Assembly (NCBI GenBank): GCA_963669175.1
Contig: OY769902.1
Coordinates: forward strand, 384,001 to 448,000
Source of the DNA: a bacterium
GTDB lineage: Bacteria; Electryoneota; Electryoneia; Electryoneales; Electryoneaceae
DNA length: 64,000 bases
Reading direction: 5' to 3'
Below, one piece after another: positions 51,610-59,832 of this stretch. Both the position numbers and the translations under genes were made by a program. The notes beneath the pieces were generated by a model. That model did not search any database, had not been told where the DNA came from, and saw only the letters and a list, made by a program, of their open reading frames with translations. Position 1 is the first letter of the stretch. Every line of letters starts with the position of its first letter.

Positions 51610-52647
51610 ATGCGCAAGCTGTTTACGACACAATTCGCGGTGGTCACGGTCTTCCTGATCCTGGCTACCGCATCTCACGGACAATATGTAAGCAACGTGT
51701 CAAAAGTCGGCACTACTGCTGCCAATTTCCTTGAAATCGGCGTGGGTTCTCGCGCTATCGGGATGGGCGGAGCATATGTGTCCGTAGCTGAAGATGTCAG
51801 CGCCATTTACTGGAACCCGGCCGGGTTGGCACGCCTGGAACATGGTGAGGCCGGGTTTGTCCACACCGAATGGCTGGCTGATATCAATTTTGATAATGTG
51901 TCAGCTACTGTTCCCATGGGTAACGGCATGGCCATAGGCGCCTTTGTCACTACACTGAACATGGGTGACATGGAAGTACGGACTGTGGAGCAACCGGAAG
52001 GAACCGGTGAGATGTTCCAGGCCGGTGACATGGCGATGGGGGTAGCTTATTCCGCCATGGTCACACGTAACCTCAGCCTCGGTGTTACAGGAAAGTACAT
52101 TCACCAGCGCATCTGGCATATGACTGCTTCTGCCATGGCCGTCGATATGGGGTTGTTGTTCAATACCCCATTCAAAGGCCTGACACTGGGCATGTCGCTG
52201 ACCAATTTCGGTCCGAAAATGCAGATGTCCGGTCGTGACACCCAGGTGTACTACGATCCCGATCCCGACAATCCCGGCAATAACGAGCTGATCCCGGCAC
52301 AGTACGAGCTGGAAGAATGGCCGCTTCCCTTGACCTTCCGTGTAGGACTGTCCAAGGATGTGCTGGAATCTGCCTATGGCATTCTGAAACTGTCTGTAGA
52401 CGCCGTACACCCGAACAACAACTATGAATATGTCAATCTTGGCGGAGAATACAACTGGCGGAACTGGTTCTTCCTGCGCGCCGGCTGGAAAACACTGTTC
52501 CTGGATGATTCAGAACAGGGCTTGACGGCTGGTGTTGGCGTTCGTTACGGACTGGTTGGCAATACAGCGCTTATCGCCGACCTGTCTTATGCAGAATTCG
52601 GACGATTGGAACATGTAATACGCTATTCGATGGGAGTGCAGTTTTAA
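51610..52647 (+). CDS. PorV/PorQ-family outer-membrane beta-barrel
   Basis: Signal peptide; FLEIGVGSRAIGMGGAYVSVAEDVSAIYWNPAGLA; LPLTFRVG; C-terminal Phe. Confidence 0.88.
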   Translation: MRKLFTTQFAVVTVFLILATASHGQYVSNVSKVGTTAANFLEIGVGSRAIGMGGAYVSVAEDVSAIYWNPAGLARLEHGEAGFVHTEWLADINFDNVSATVPMGNGMAIGAFVTTLNMGDMEVRTVEQPEGTGEMFQAGDMAMGVAYSAMVTRNLSLGVTGKYIHQRIWHMTASAMAVDMGLLFNTPFKGLTLGMSLTNFGPKMQMSGRDTQVYYDPDPDNPGNNELIPAQYELEEWPLPLTFRVGLSKDVLESAYGILKLSVDAVHPNNNYEYVNLGGEYNWRNWFFLRAGWKTLFLDDSEQGLTAGVGVRYGLVGNTALIADLSYAEFGRLEHVIRYSMGVQF

Positions 52648-52727
52648 TACGTTGCTGAACATTCCGCCTGGGTTGTTCAGGAAATAGTGTGATACAAGCG
52701 TACACGTGAATCGTGTACCTCTCCACC

Positions 52728-52778
52728 CGGTGAGGCAGACAAAGTAGAGCCGGCAAGCTGCCTCACCGTGGTTTTTCT
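52728..52778 (+). terminator. Possible intrinsic terminator between the PorV-like gene and GH2
   Basis: CGGTGAGGCAG (52728-52738) pairs with CTGCCTCACCG (52758-52768), followed by TGGTTTTTCT. Confidence 0.5.
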
Positions 52779-52801
52779 CTCGACCGGAAAGGGGGCGCAT
52801 T

Positions 52802-55279
52802 ATGTCTCTGTCCCTGTTTGCATATGATAGCCACGAAACCTTCCCTCTCACTACCGGCTGGACATTGTCACGGGTGAACAACCCGGAGAATGATCCGACC
52901 TGGACAGAGATTCCCACCGAGGTTCCCGGCTGTGTTCACCTGGACCTGATGCGTGCCGGACTGATCCCTGATCCTTTCGTCGGTATGAATGAAAAAGAGG
53001 TGGCCTGGGTTGCGGAAGAAGATTGGCGCTACACCTGTGACTTTGACCTGGGGGAAGACTGGTCAAAGCGCGACTCCGCCAACGTCCGGCAACTCGTGTT
53101 TGAAGGCCTGGACACATTCGCTGATATCATTCTTGATGGTGAACTAATTGGTGAAGGGGATAATGCCTTTATCCCTCACCGGTTTCCTCTGCCTGATACG
53201 CTCAAACCGGGATTGCACAGGGTGGAAGTTCTGCTTCGTTCTCCTGTACAGACAATTGAAGCGTTATCCCGGGAACGTGGTCATGCCCCGGCCTGGGATG
53301 GTGGTCCACGCAGTTGGGCGCGTAAACCGCAATATTCATTCGGTTGGGACTGGGGCCCCATCCTTCCCACATCGGGCATGCACCGCCCGGTATACCTGCA
53401 GCGTTGGTACGATGGCCGTATCGGCTGGTATCGTTATGAATGTGAACCCGCCGAAGAAGCCTGGACAGTCAGGGTACAGGCTACCGTCCAGGCGCCGCAT
53501 ACCGGCGAATACCGCTTGCTGGGTTCACTGCAACGCAATGATAACAAAGTCGTGGATCAGACGACCTTCTACGCAGAGGCTGGTGCAAATACCGTATCGC
53601 TGACCTTCACAGTGCCCGATCCGGACCTCTGGTGGCCTGCAACAGAAGGTGAATCCGCCCTGTATGGTCTCGAGCTGGAATTGATACGCAACCGTCGATC
53701 TGTCCATACCATTCGGGAACATATCGGCCTGCGTACGGTTGAGTGGGTGGAAGAACCCGACAAATGGGGCAAGAGCTTTTATGTCCGTATTAATGGTCGC
53801 GACATCTTCTGCAAAGGCGCCAATTGGGTGCCGGGGGATTCCTTTACCTCACGCGTGACTGAGCAACAGGTTCGCAGGCATTTCCAACTGGCTATTGACG
53901 CCGGGATGAACATGCTGCGTATATGGGGCGGCGGCCAGTATGAACCTGCCTGGTATTACCGTACCGCTGATGAAATGGGCCTGATGATCTGGCAGGATTT
54001 CCCGTACGCCTGTTCCCTCTACCCCGATGATCTGACTTTTACCCACAATGGTGATCTTGAAGCGCGAACAGCGGTGCAACAACTCGCTCGCCATGCTTCC
54101 ATCGTTATCTGGTGCGGGAACAATGAAATTCAGCGTGATGAGGTGATGCTCGCAACACAGGACAGTATCAAGGTTTTGGAACGTGACTATTGGGATGTAC
54201 GAATTCGACAGGCTTTAGCCGACAATGATCCGTCCGCGTTTTATATTCAATCCAGCCCTACCGGTGGGAGTTTTGCCAATGACCCACGTGAGGGCGACCG
54301 TCATGTCTGGGAAGTCTGGAACGGCTGGGGGGCGACAAAAGACTATCTCGACCAGGAAGCACGCTTCATTTCTGAATTCGGTTTTCATGGCTTCCCCCAC
54401 CCCGAGACCCTGCGTGATGTGCTGCATCCCGGCAAGGTCACTATTCAGGATGAAACGCTGGAATGGCACAACAAACAGGTTGACGGACCGGAACGTCACC
54501 ATCGATACCAGGCCGCCATGTACCCGGTGACAACCGATTACAACTGTTTCTTGCGTCAATCACAGGACTTGCAGGGTCGCACACTCAGGATGGCAATCGA
54601 GCACTGGCGCCGACATATGCCACGAACCATGGGAACCCTGATCTGGCAGTTGAACGATTGCTGGCCGGTTATATCCTGGAGCCTTTATGATTACCGCTTC
54701 CGTCCCAAGGCATCGTGGTACCAGGTTCGCAGGGCTTTTTCGCCAAGAACGGCCTTTATCACCGGAAAAGACAAGCCGGTACTATGGACGGTCAACGATA
54801 CAGCTACCGATTGGGAAGCAAACCTTGTCGTGTACTGTTATGGTTTGAATGGCGTCAAGATACAGGAAAAAGTAGTGCAACTGGATGTACCCCAAGGACG
54901 CGCAGTCCCAATAACAGACATAGACGTCGCTAATTGGCTTAAAGAGAGCGAAAACTGTTTCCTTGCCGTTGATGTACTTAACGGCAGTAAATATTGTCCA
55001 CTCAGCACATGGCTGCCGTACCCCTTCAAACATCTTCCGCTTGAACAGAGCGAGATTGAATTGAAACCGGCCATCTGGGATGATCAGGAAGGCTGGCTGG
55101 TGCGAGCTGTTGATAAACCAGCTTTTGGCGTGTGGCTTTACGATCCTGACCAGCCCGACCTGATGCTTTCGGACAACGCTTTTGATCTGATGCCCGGTTA
55201 CGAGAGGTTTGTTGTTGGCATGAATTGTTCAACCGGAAAACCCATGCCGATCAGGAAACTTGAGGTTTGGTCCCTCTGA
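52802..55279 (+). CDS. GH2 beta-mannosidase
   Basis: VPGCVHLDL, FEGLDTFA, RKPQYSFGWDWGP, FCKGANWVP, NMLRIWGGG.YE, WQDF, WCGNNE, RFISEFG, WQLNDCWP..SWS; no signal peptide. Confidence 0.93.
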   Translation: MSLSLFAYDSHETFPLTTGWTLSRVNNPENDPTWTEIPTEVPGCVHLDLMRAGLIPDPFVGMNEKEVAWVAEEDWRYTCDFDLGEDWSKRDSANVRQLVFEGLDTFADIILDGELIGEGDNAFIPHRFPLPDTLKPGLHRVEVLLRSPVQTIEALSRERGHAPAWDGGPRSWARKPQYSFGWDWGPILPTSGMHRPVYLQRWYDGRIGWYRYECEPAEEAWTVRVQATVQAPHTGEYRLLGSLQRNDNKVVDQTTFYAEAGANTVSLTFTVPDPDLWWPATEGESALYGLELELIRNRRSVHTIREHIGLRTVEWVEEPDKWGKSFYVRINGRDIFCKGANWVPGDSFTSRVTEQQVRRHFQLAIDAGMNMLRIWGGGQYEPAWYYRTADEMGLMIWQDFPYACSLYPDDLTFTHNGDLEARTAVQQLARHASIVIWCGNNEIQRDEVMLATQDSIKVLERDYWDVRIRQALADNDPSAFYIQSSPTGGSFANDPREGDRHVWEVWNGWGATKDYLDQEARFISEFGFHGFPHPETLRDVLHPGKVTIQDETLEWHNKQVDGPERHHRYQAAMYPVTTDYNCFLRQSQDLQGRTLRMAIEHWRRHMPRTMGTLIWQLNDCWPVISWSLYDYRFRPKASWYQVRRAFSPRTAFITGKDKPVLWTVNDTATDWEANLVVYCYGLNGVKIQEKVVQLDVPQGRAVPITDIDVANWLKESENCFLAVDVLNGSKYCPLSTWLPYPFKHLPLEQSEIELKPAIWDDQEGWLVRAVDKPAFGVWLYDPDQPDLMLSDNAFDLMPGYERFVVGMNCSTGKPMPIRKLEVWSL

Positions 55280-55285
55280 TGACCG

Positions 55286-55774
55286 GGCAAAGTGCGATTG
55301 CATGTACAATACCAGTGCGATTGTATGTACAGGATTAAGTGGTTGGGTGGCCCGATTCGCAGGTGATGCAACTCCCACAATCGCTTTCGCATACAAACTC
55401 TCGCTTCAACATGGTTGCCAGTCAGGCCTTTTGAGCGCATCGGGGTATAGTCAAATATTCAAGAAAGAGATATCTCGATCCATCTTTCATCCTTTTTCAC
55501 TTTTTTCACTTCATCGCACCTCCCAGGCTCCCCCCAATCCCGACTTGCTCATCATCCGCATCACAAGACGACGCCCCGAAAATGTTGTCAGTATTTCGAG
55601 AATATCATGCTACATTTCCGGCAAATCGGGCCATGCACTCTCGGCAAAGTGCGATTGCATGTACAGGATTAACAGGATATCAAGGATGAAAAGGATGGTA
55701 ATGCTGAACCCACTATCCTTTTTCACTTTTTTCACTGCCTACTTTTTTCACTTTCTTCTTTTTCACTTCATCGC
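55286..55774. repeat. Mosaic direct-repeat region at the junction of two convergent operons
   Basis: GGCAAAGTGCGATTGCATGTACA at 55286-55308 and 55643-55665; TTTTTCACTTCATCGC at 55502-55517 and 55759-55774; AGGAT ladder at 55662-55696. Confidence 0.85.
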
Positions 55775-57288
55775 GGCTCCCACTGCACCGCCCAGGTATA
55801 GGTCGCGGGTGAAGGCGTCGCAGGACGGTTTGGGAAATGGCGCTTCCTGTAGAATACAGACATGTCCATTACATCCATCGTATCCAGCACACGTGTGTTG
55901 AATTTAACTCCCCCACGCGCTTTTACCTGCTCATCGATCCATTTCAGGACAAGCTTGTCTGTTTTTCTGGCGCTTATGTTGGAATCTTTCACCCCCAGCA
56001 CTTCGGTGATGCGTTGTGCCGCTTCCAGCGAGAGTACATGACGATTCCATATGGCAGTGTTTACCGCAACGCGTGCATTTGCGTCAAATCCATGATCACA
56101 CGCCAACTTGTCCAGATGATCAAATTCTATCCGCCAGATAATGGCGTCACGAAGAGTAGCAGCAAAGGCGGCGCGATTCTCGTTCCAGGGTAAGGGCTGT
56201 GGAGAGGTTTGCAGCTTTTCCAGTGTTTCACGTACTGTCCAGGTGATTTCCCCATCCGGTCCGTGAATAACCACCATCGGCTGATTGGGATGAAGCGACG
56301 GCATATCATCCAGGGCTTGTCCCGGTTGAACGACTTCATTTGTCCCGGCAAACATCGGTGGAGCAAAATCTGTTATCCGGTTATCTTTCGGCAAATTGCC
56401 ATATAGATAGCTCGCCACCGCTTCAAAAGGTTCGGGGGCAATATTCATCCGTGCGCCTTTCATGGACTCACGGATAAAGGCATGTGTTTCAGTTCGCACT
56501 TTCCTTCCCTTCAACACATCCCTTACCCAGGGGCCGAATTCTGCAAAAGCCGCTTCACTGGGAATACGGTGCATTTCAAATCCTACATTTCTTAGTACAT
56601 ACCAGCCGCCCTCACCTTCGACCGGGCCAACGATTTCTCCCTGCCCCAATTGGAAAGCCGAATCCTCAAAGGCCTCACTGGTGGTGTTCCATTGCAGTGG
56701 TTGTTCTTGAATCAGGATTGCCTTACCCAGAGCCTGGGTTTTACCGGCTTCACGAAATGGCACTCCATGGCTCAACTGTGTCATGACAGCTTCGGCGGTA
56801 GCAGAGTCCTGGCAAATCCAGGCATCCAGCTTGATGTCACGAATGGCGCGAAGAAAATGAGTGGTTACTTCTGACGTATCCAGTTTGACGCGGCGCTCCA
56901 CCTCTTCACGTAAGAACTCCTCCACACGCGCTTCAGCTTCCAGCTCTTCCTGCATGCGCCGCACTGTCGCAAGGGTATCCCACCCCTTTTCAACAGCAGC
57001 ATATGCGAACAGACGCTCCAGCGCCAGCGCTTCCAGGAAATCAAGACGCGCCTGATCCCCCTGCCCAACATGGGGACTGGTTTCATAACGCCAGCGGAAC
57101 TCGCGGGTGAAGATCGTATCCTGCCCGATTACTGCCAACCATGGCCCCTGGTCAGGGATTTCCACTGACTCCCCGTATCGTGGAAGCGTGGAATACAACA
57201 CCCAGCCAATCCCGGCAGCCAATAACACAGCCAGCAATACCATGGGCCAGTGAAAACGAACCGGTTCCTTACGCCTGTACTGAAGCAT
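55768..57288 (-). CDS. Membrane-anchored PpiC/SurA-like peptidyl-prolyl isomerase or chaperone
   Basis: N-terminal TM, LAVIGQDTIF..EF, FEDSAFQLGQGEIVGPVE..GWYVLR rotamase-like segment. Confidence 0.65.
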   Translation of the reverse strand: MLQYRRKEPVRFHWPMVLLAVLLAAGIGWVLYSTLPRYGESVEIPDQGPWLAVIGQDTIFTREFRWRYETSPHVGQGDQARLDFLEALALERLFAYAAVEKGWDTLATVRRMQEELEAEARVEEFLREEVERRVKLDTSEVTTHFLRAIRDIKLDAWICQDSATAEAVMTQLSHGVPFREAGKTQALGKAILIQEQPLQWNTTSEAFEDSAFQLGQGEIVGPVEGEGGWYVLRNVGFEMHRIPSEAAFAEFGPWVRDVLKGRKVRTETHAFIRESMKGARMNIAPEPFEAVASYLYGNLPKDNRITDFAPPMFAGTNEVVQPGQALDDMPSLHPNQPMVVIHGPDGEITWTVRETLEKLQTSPQPLPWNENRAAFAATLRDAIIWRIEFDHLDKLACDHGFDANARVAVNTAIWNRHVLSLEAAQRITEVLGVKDSNISARKTDKLVLKWIDEQVKARGGVKFNTRVLDTMDVMDMSVFYRKRHFPNRPATPSPATYTWAVQWEPR

Positions 57289-57297
57289 CTTTCTCCT

Positions 57298-58176
57298 TTA
57301 GAGGACAAACGGGTCTTTTATTACCACCCGACCACAATTTACATCGGACAGACCAACATACAATTCTGCCATACCGTTAGCAAATCGATTCAACCCGCCA
57401 CTGATGACGATATCGTCCAGTTCCGGGGATCGTTTCGCCTCACCGACCGGGAACACATGACGTTCGGCTGCGGTCTTTAATGGTGTCGCCGTAAGGGTTA
57501 CAGGGTCAAAGACAAACGACACGGAACGGTAGTGCTTAACTTCCATTCCACTCGCATGTTTCCTGAACTCCGCCGCATGGCCCAGGCACCCGATCCGTCC
57601 ATCTTCCAGTAACTGGGCTTCGTTTACCCCACCCCAGGTATCATCGGTGTACTGCCCTTCAATCAGGGGCGCGTTGTAGATGTCAACTTTTTCAAGTTCA
57701 TCCAGCGTATTGATAATGAGGAAACCTATTTTACCACGCCCGCCGACTTTCCCCTGGGGACGGCTGAACACACCGATACGACCGTCTTTCAGCTCCACCA
57801 GGCGGATATCTTTCATACCACGCGGCCCTGATGCAAAGTGCTTCAGGCTGGCGACATCTTCACCACGATAAAACCAGGTTTCCCATTGCATATCGCCCAC
57901 AGGAAAACGCACTCCGCCCACAATCAACTCGCCGTGTATCCATGTCGTGAACGGATCCTGCAAGGGCAAATCCGGGGTATCCGGCACACACTCCCAGGTA
58001 TCTGTATTTACCATTCGAAAAAAGCGGACATGCGAGTCCGTTTCACTGTCACGTGATTCCACACGCGCCGCCAGCCTGGTCTCACCGTCATCAGAAAACG
58101 GCGCCGTCGGATTGTACACATCCATACCCTGCACACAATCCCCGGTAAACTTCAGCAATGTTCCCTGTGTTGTCAT
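57298..58176 (-). CDS. DUF1861-family protein (MTP/GT108-like beta-1,2-mannan phosphorylase/mannosyltransferase fold)
   Basis: DVYNPTAPF, RVESRDSE, LQDPF, GPRGMKDIRLVEL, FSRPQG..GGRGKIGF, WGGVNE, LGH, GGL, LYVGLSD; start ATG 58176 after GGAGGAG. Confidence 0.85.
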   Translation of the reverse strand: MTTQGTLLKFTGDCVQGMDVYNPTAPFSDDGETRLAARVESRDSETDSHVRFFRMVNTDTWECVPDTPDLPLQDPFTTWIHGELIVGGVRFPVGDMQWETWFYRGEDVASLKHFASGPRGMKDIRLVELKDGRIGVFSRPQGKVGGRGKIGFLIINTLDELEKVDIYNAPLIEGQYTDDTWGGVNEAQLLEDGRIGCLGHAAEFRKHASGMEVKHYRSVSFVFDPVTLTATPLKTAAERHVFPVGEAKRSPELDDIVISGGLNRFANGMAELYVGLSDVNCGRVVIKDPFVL

Positions 58177-58263
58177 TGCTCCTCCTTTTTTTCCTTCACG
58201 CAATTATTAAGCGTTCTCTGTATGTGTTTGTACGCGCTTTTAAAGCGTTCACTGTGTGTCAAC

Positions 58264-58394
58264 TGTCAGGTCACACGCATAAACAACATGCGCAAGACCT
58301 GACAGAACGGATAGAGCAGATAGTTGTCCTTTTGTACGGTATTAATGTGGTGTCAGGTCTTGATACGCGAAGCGGATTGTGACCTGACACCTAC
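58264..58394. repeat. Inverted pair of GTAG-type REP hairpins (TGTCAGGTCACA-N15/17-CAAGACCTGACA)
   Basis: Copy 1 at 58264-58304 (+) and copy 2 at 58351-58389 (-). Copy 2 is preceded on the minus strand by GTAG, whose TAG is the stop of the upstream gene. Confidence 0.8.
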
Positions 58395-59482
58395 AAGCTT
58401 CTCGCATCCGATGTTGCCGCCAGGGCTGTCCGAACTGCACGAATCCCGATCTCGACCGGTGCACGAAGCGAGTGCGATGGATCGAAAATCGCTTTGCCCA
58501 GATCTTTCATCATGCTTCGGACACAATTGGCATAAACGGTCTGCTTGTCATCAGGCAGCGTGAAGGCGCCACGAAGTATCCGTTCTGCCGGATAGGGTTT
58601 CCCGGCGAGGCGAACACTGCCCGGTTCACGATTCAGCTTTCTCGATCCGGTCTCCTGCCAACCGGGAAGTGTGGTCAAGGCATCAGCCAATTCGTTATCG
58701 ACCAGCGCTTCAACGGTTCCTTCCAACGGGATCCAGCCTTTCAACTCAAAACGCGCCCGTTCAAAATGCAATCGCACTGTTGTGATCTCAAACGGTTTCA
58801 GCGTGGAAAACTCATGGTAATGGGTTGCAACCAGGTGGTTATCATAGGCGATGGTCGCCAATACCTGGTCTTCCTGACGATCATTCCGCAACCGTCGCTG
58901 GCCCTTGATCGATACCGGTTGCGCTGTGGTCATATTCTCCACAAGGTCGATAAAATGCACCGCGTGTTCCACCAGGATACCACCGGAGCGCATCGAATCC
59001 CAAAACCAGTGATCCACCGGTAAATCTTCATCCTGGGCGAAATTCTCAACCGAAGCATGCCGCAGATCACCCAGGATTCCCTGCATCGCAAGGTTTGAAA
59101 GCACTTCCACCAGGGAATTGAAACGCAGCATATGATTGACCGCGACCCGTTTTCCACTACGGTCGCGTGTTTCCAAAATCGCTTGAAAATCTGCCTCTGA
59201 GAGTGCAACCGGCTTCTCGATCAGGACATGCTTACCCGCTTCCATCGCCGCCACGGCCAGCTCGGCGTGACTGGAAGGCGGGGTGACGATGGAGATAACA
59301 TCCAACGCCGGATCATCCAATAGCTCTTGCACATCTGTAGTGAATCGAGTATCTCCAACTGGATGACGCGCCGGGTCACTCTCCGCGATGCGTGTGACCT
59401 GTAAACCATTGTCCACGCTCCAGCAACGATCCAGGAATGCACCGAAACCGCCGTACCCGATAATGCCGATATGTATGGTCAT
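58391..59482 (-). CDS. Gfo/Idh/MocA-family NAD(P)-dependent oxidoreductase
   Basis: IGIIGYGGFG, DVISIVTPPSSH, AGKHVLIEKP, NHMLRF, SGGILVEHAVHFID. Confidence 0.9.
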   Translation of the reverse strand: MTIHIGIIGYGGFGAFLDRCWSVDNGLQVTRIAESDPARHPVGDTRFTTDVQELLDDPALDVISIVTPPSSHAELAVAAMEAGKHVLIEKPVALSEADFQAILETRDRSGKRVAVNHMLRFNSLVEVLSNLAMQGILGDLRHASVENFAQDEDLPVDHWFWDSMRSGGILVEHAVHFIDLVENMTTAQPVSIKGQRRLRNDRQEDQVLATIAYDNHLVATHYHEFSTLKPFEITTVRLHFERARFELKGWIPLEGTVEALVDNELADALTTLPGWQETGSRKLNREPGSVRLAGKPYPAERILRGAFTLPDDKQTVYANCVRSMMKDLGKAIFDPSHSLRAPVEIGIRAVRTALAATSDARSL

Positions 59483-59515
59483 GCTCGCCTCGCTTTACAG
59501 GAAGAAGATTTCTGA

Positions 59516-59825
59516 CTCACAGGATGATAGGATACAAAGATATCAAGGATAGGTTTGATTGAATTTACAGGATGAACAGGATGATTAGGATAGCAAGGAC
59601 AAAACACTAAACAATTAAAATTTATGTTGTTTATTGTATACATTGACCAACGATTTTATCCTTCAGTTATCCTATTATCCTACTATCCTGTCAGGTTTTC
59701 TTTGCGTCTTTGCGTGAAATAAAGAATTAAAAGGTCTATTTACGGGTTATACAGGTGTGATAGCCTATCCTTTTCTTTCTTTACGTTATTTACCTTTTTT
59801 ACTTCCTCACTTCTTTGCGTGAAAC
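59516..59825. repeat. Composite intergenic element: AGGAT-ladder arms plus CTTTGCGT and TTTTTAC units
   Basis: Arms at 59516-59552 and about 59564-59600, inverted arm about 59656-59694; CTTTGCGTCTTTGCGTGAAA at 59700-59719 and CTTTGCGTGAAA at 59813-59824. Confidence 0.88.
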
Positions 59826-59832
59826 AGAGATT

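Noticed and set aside
55260-55901. 213-aa plus-strand ORF after GH2
   Set aside because: Made of the intergenic repeats (AKCDCMY twice, Phe/His runs) and overlaps the convergent gene end.
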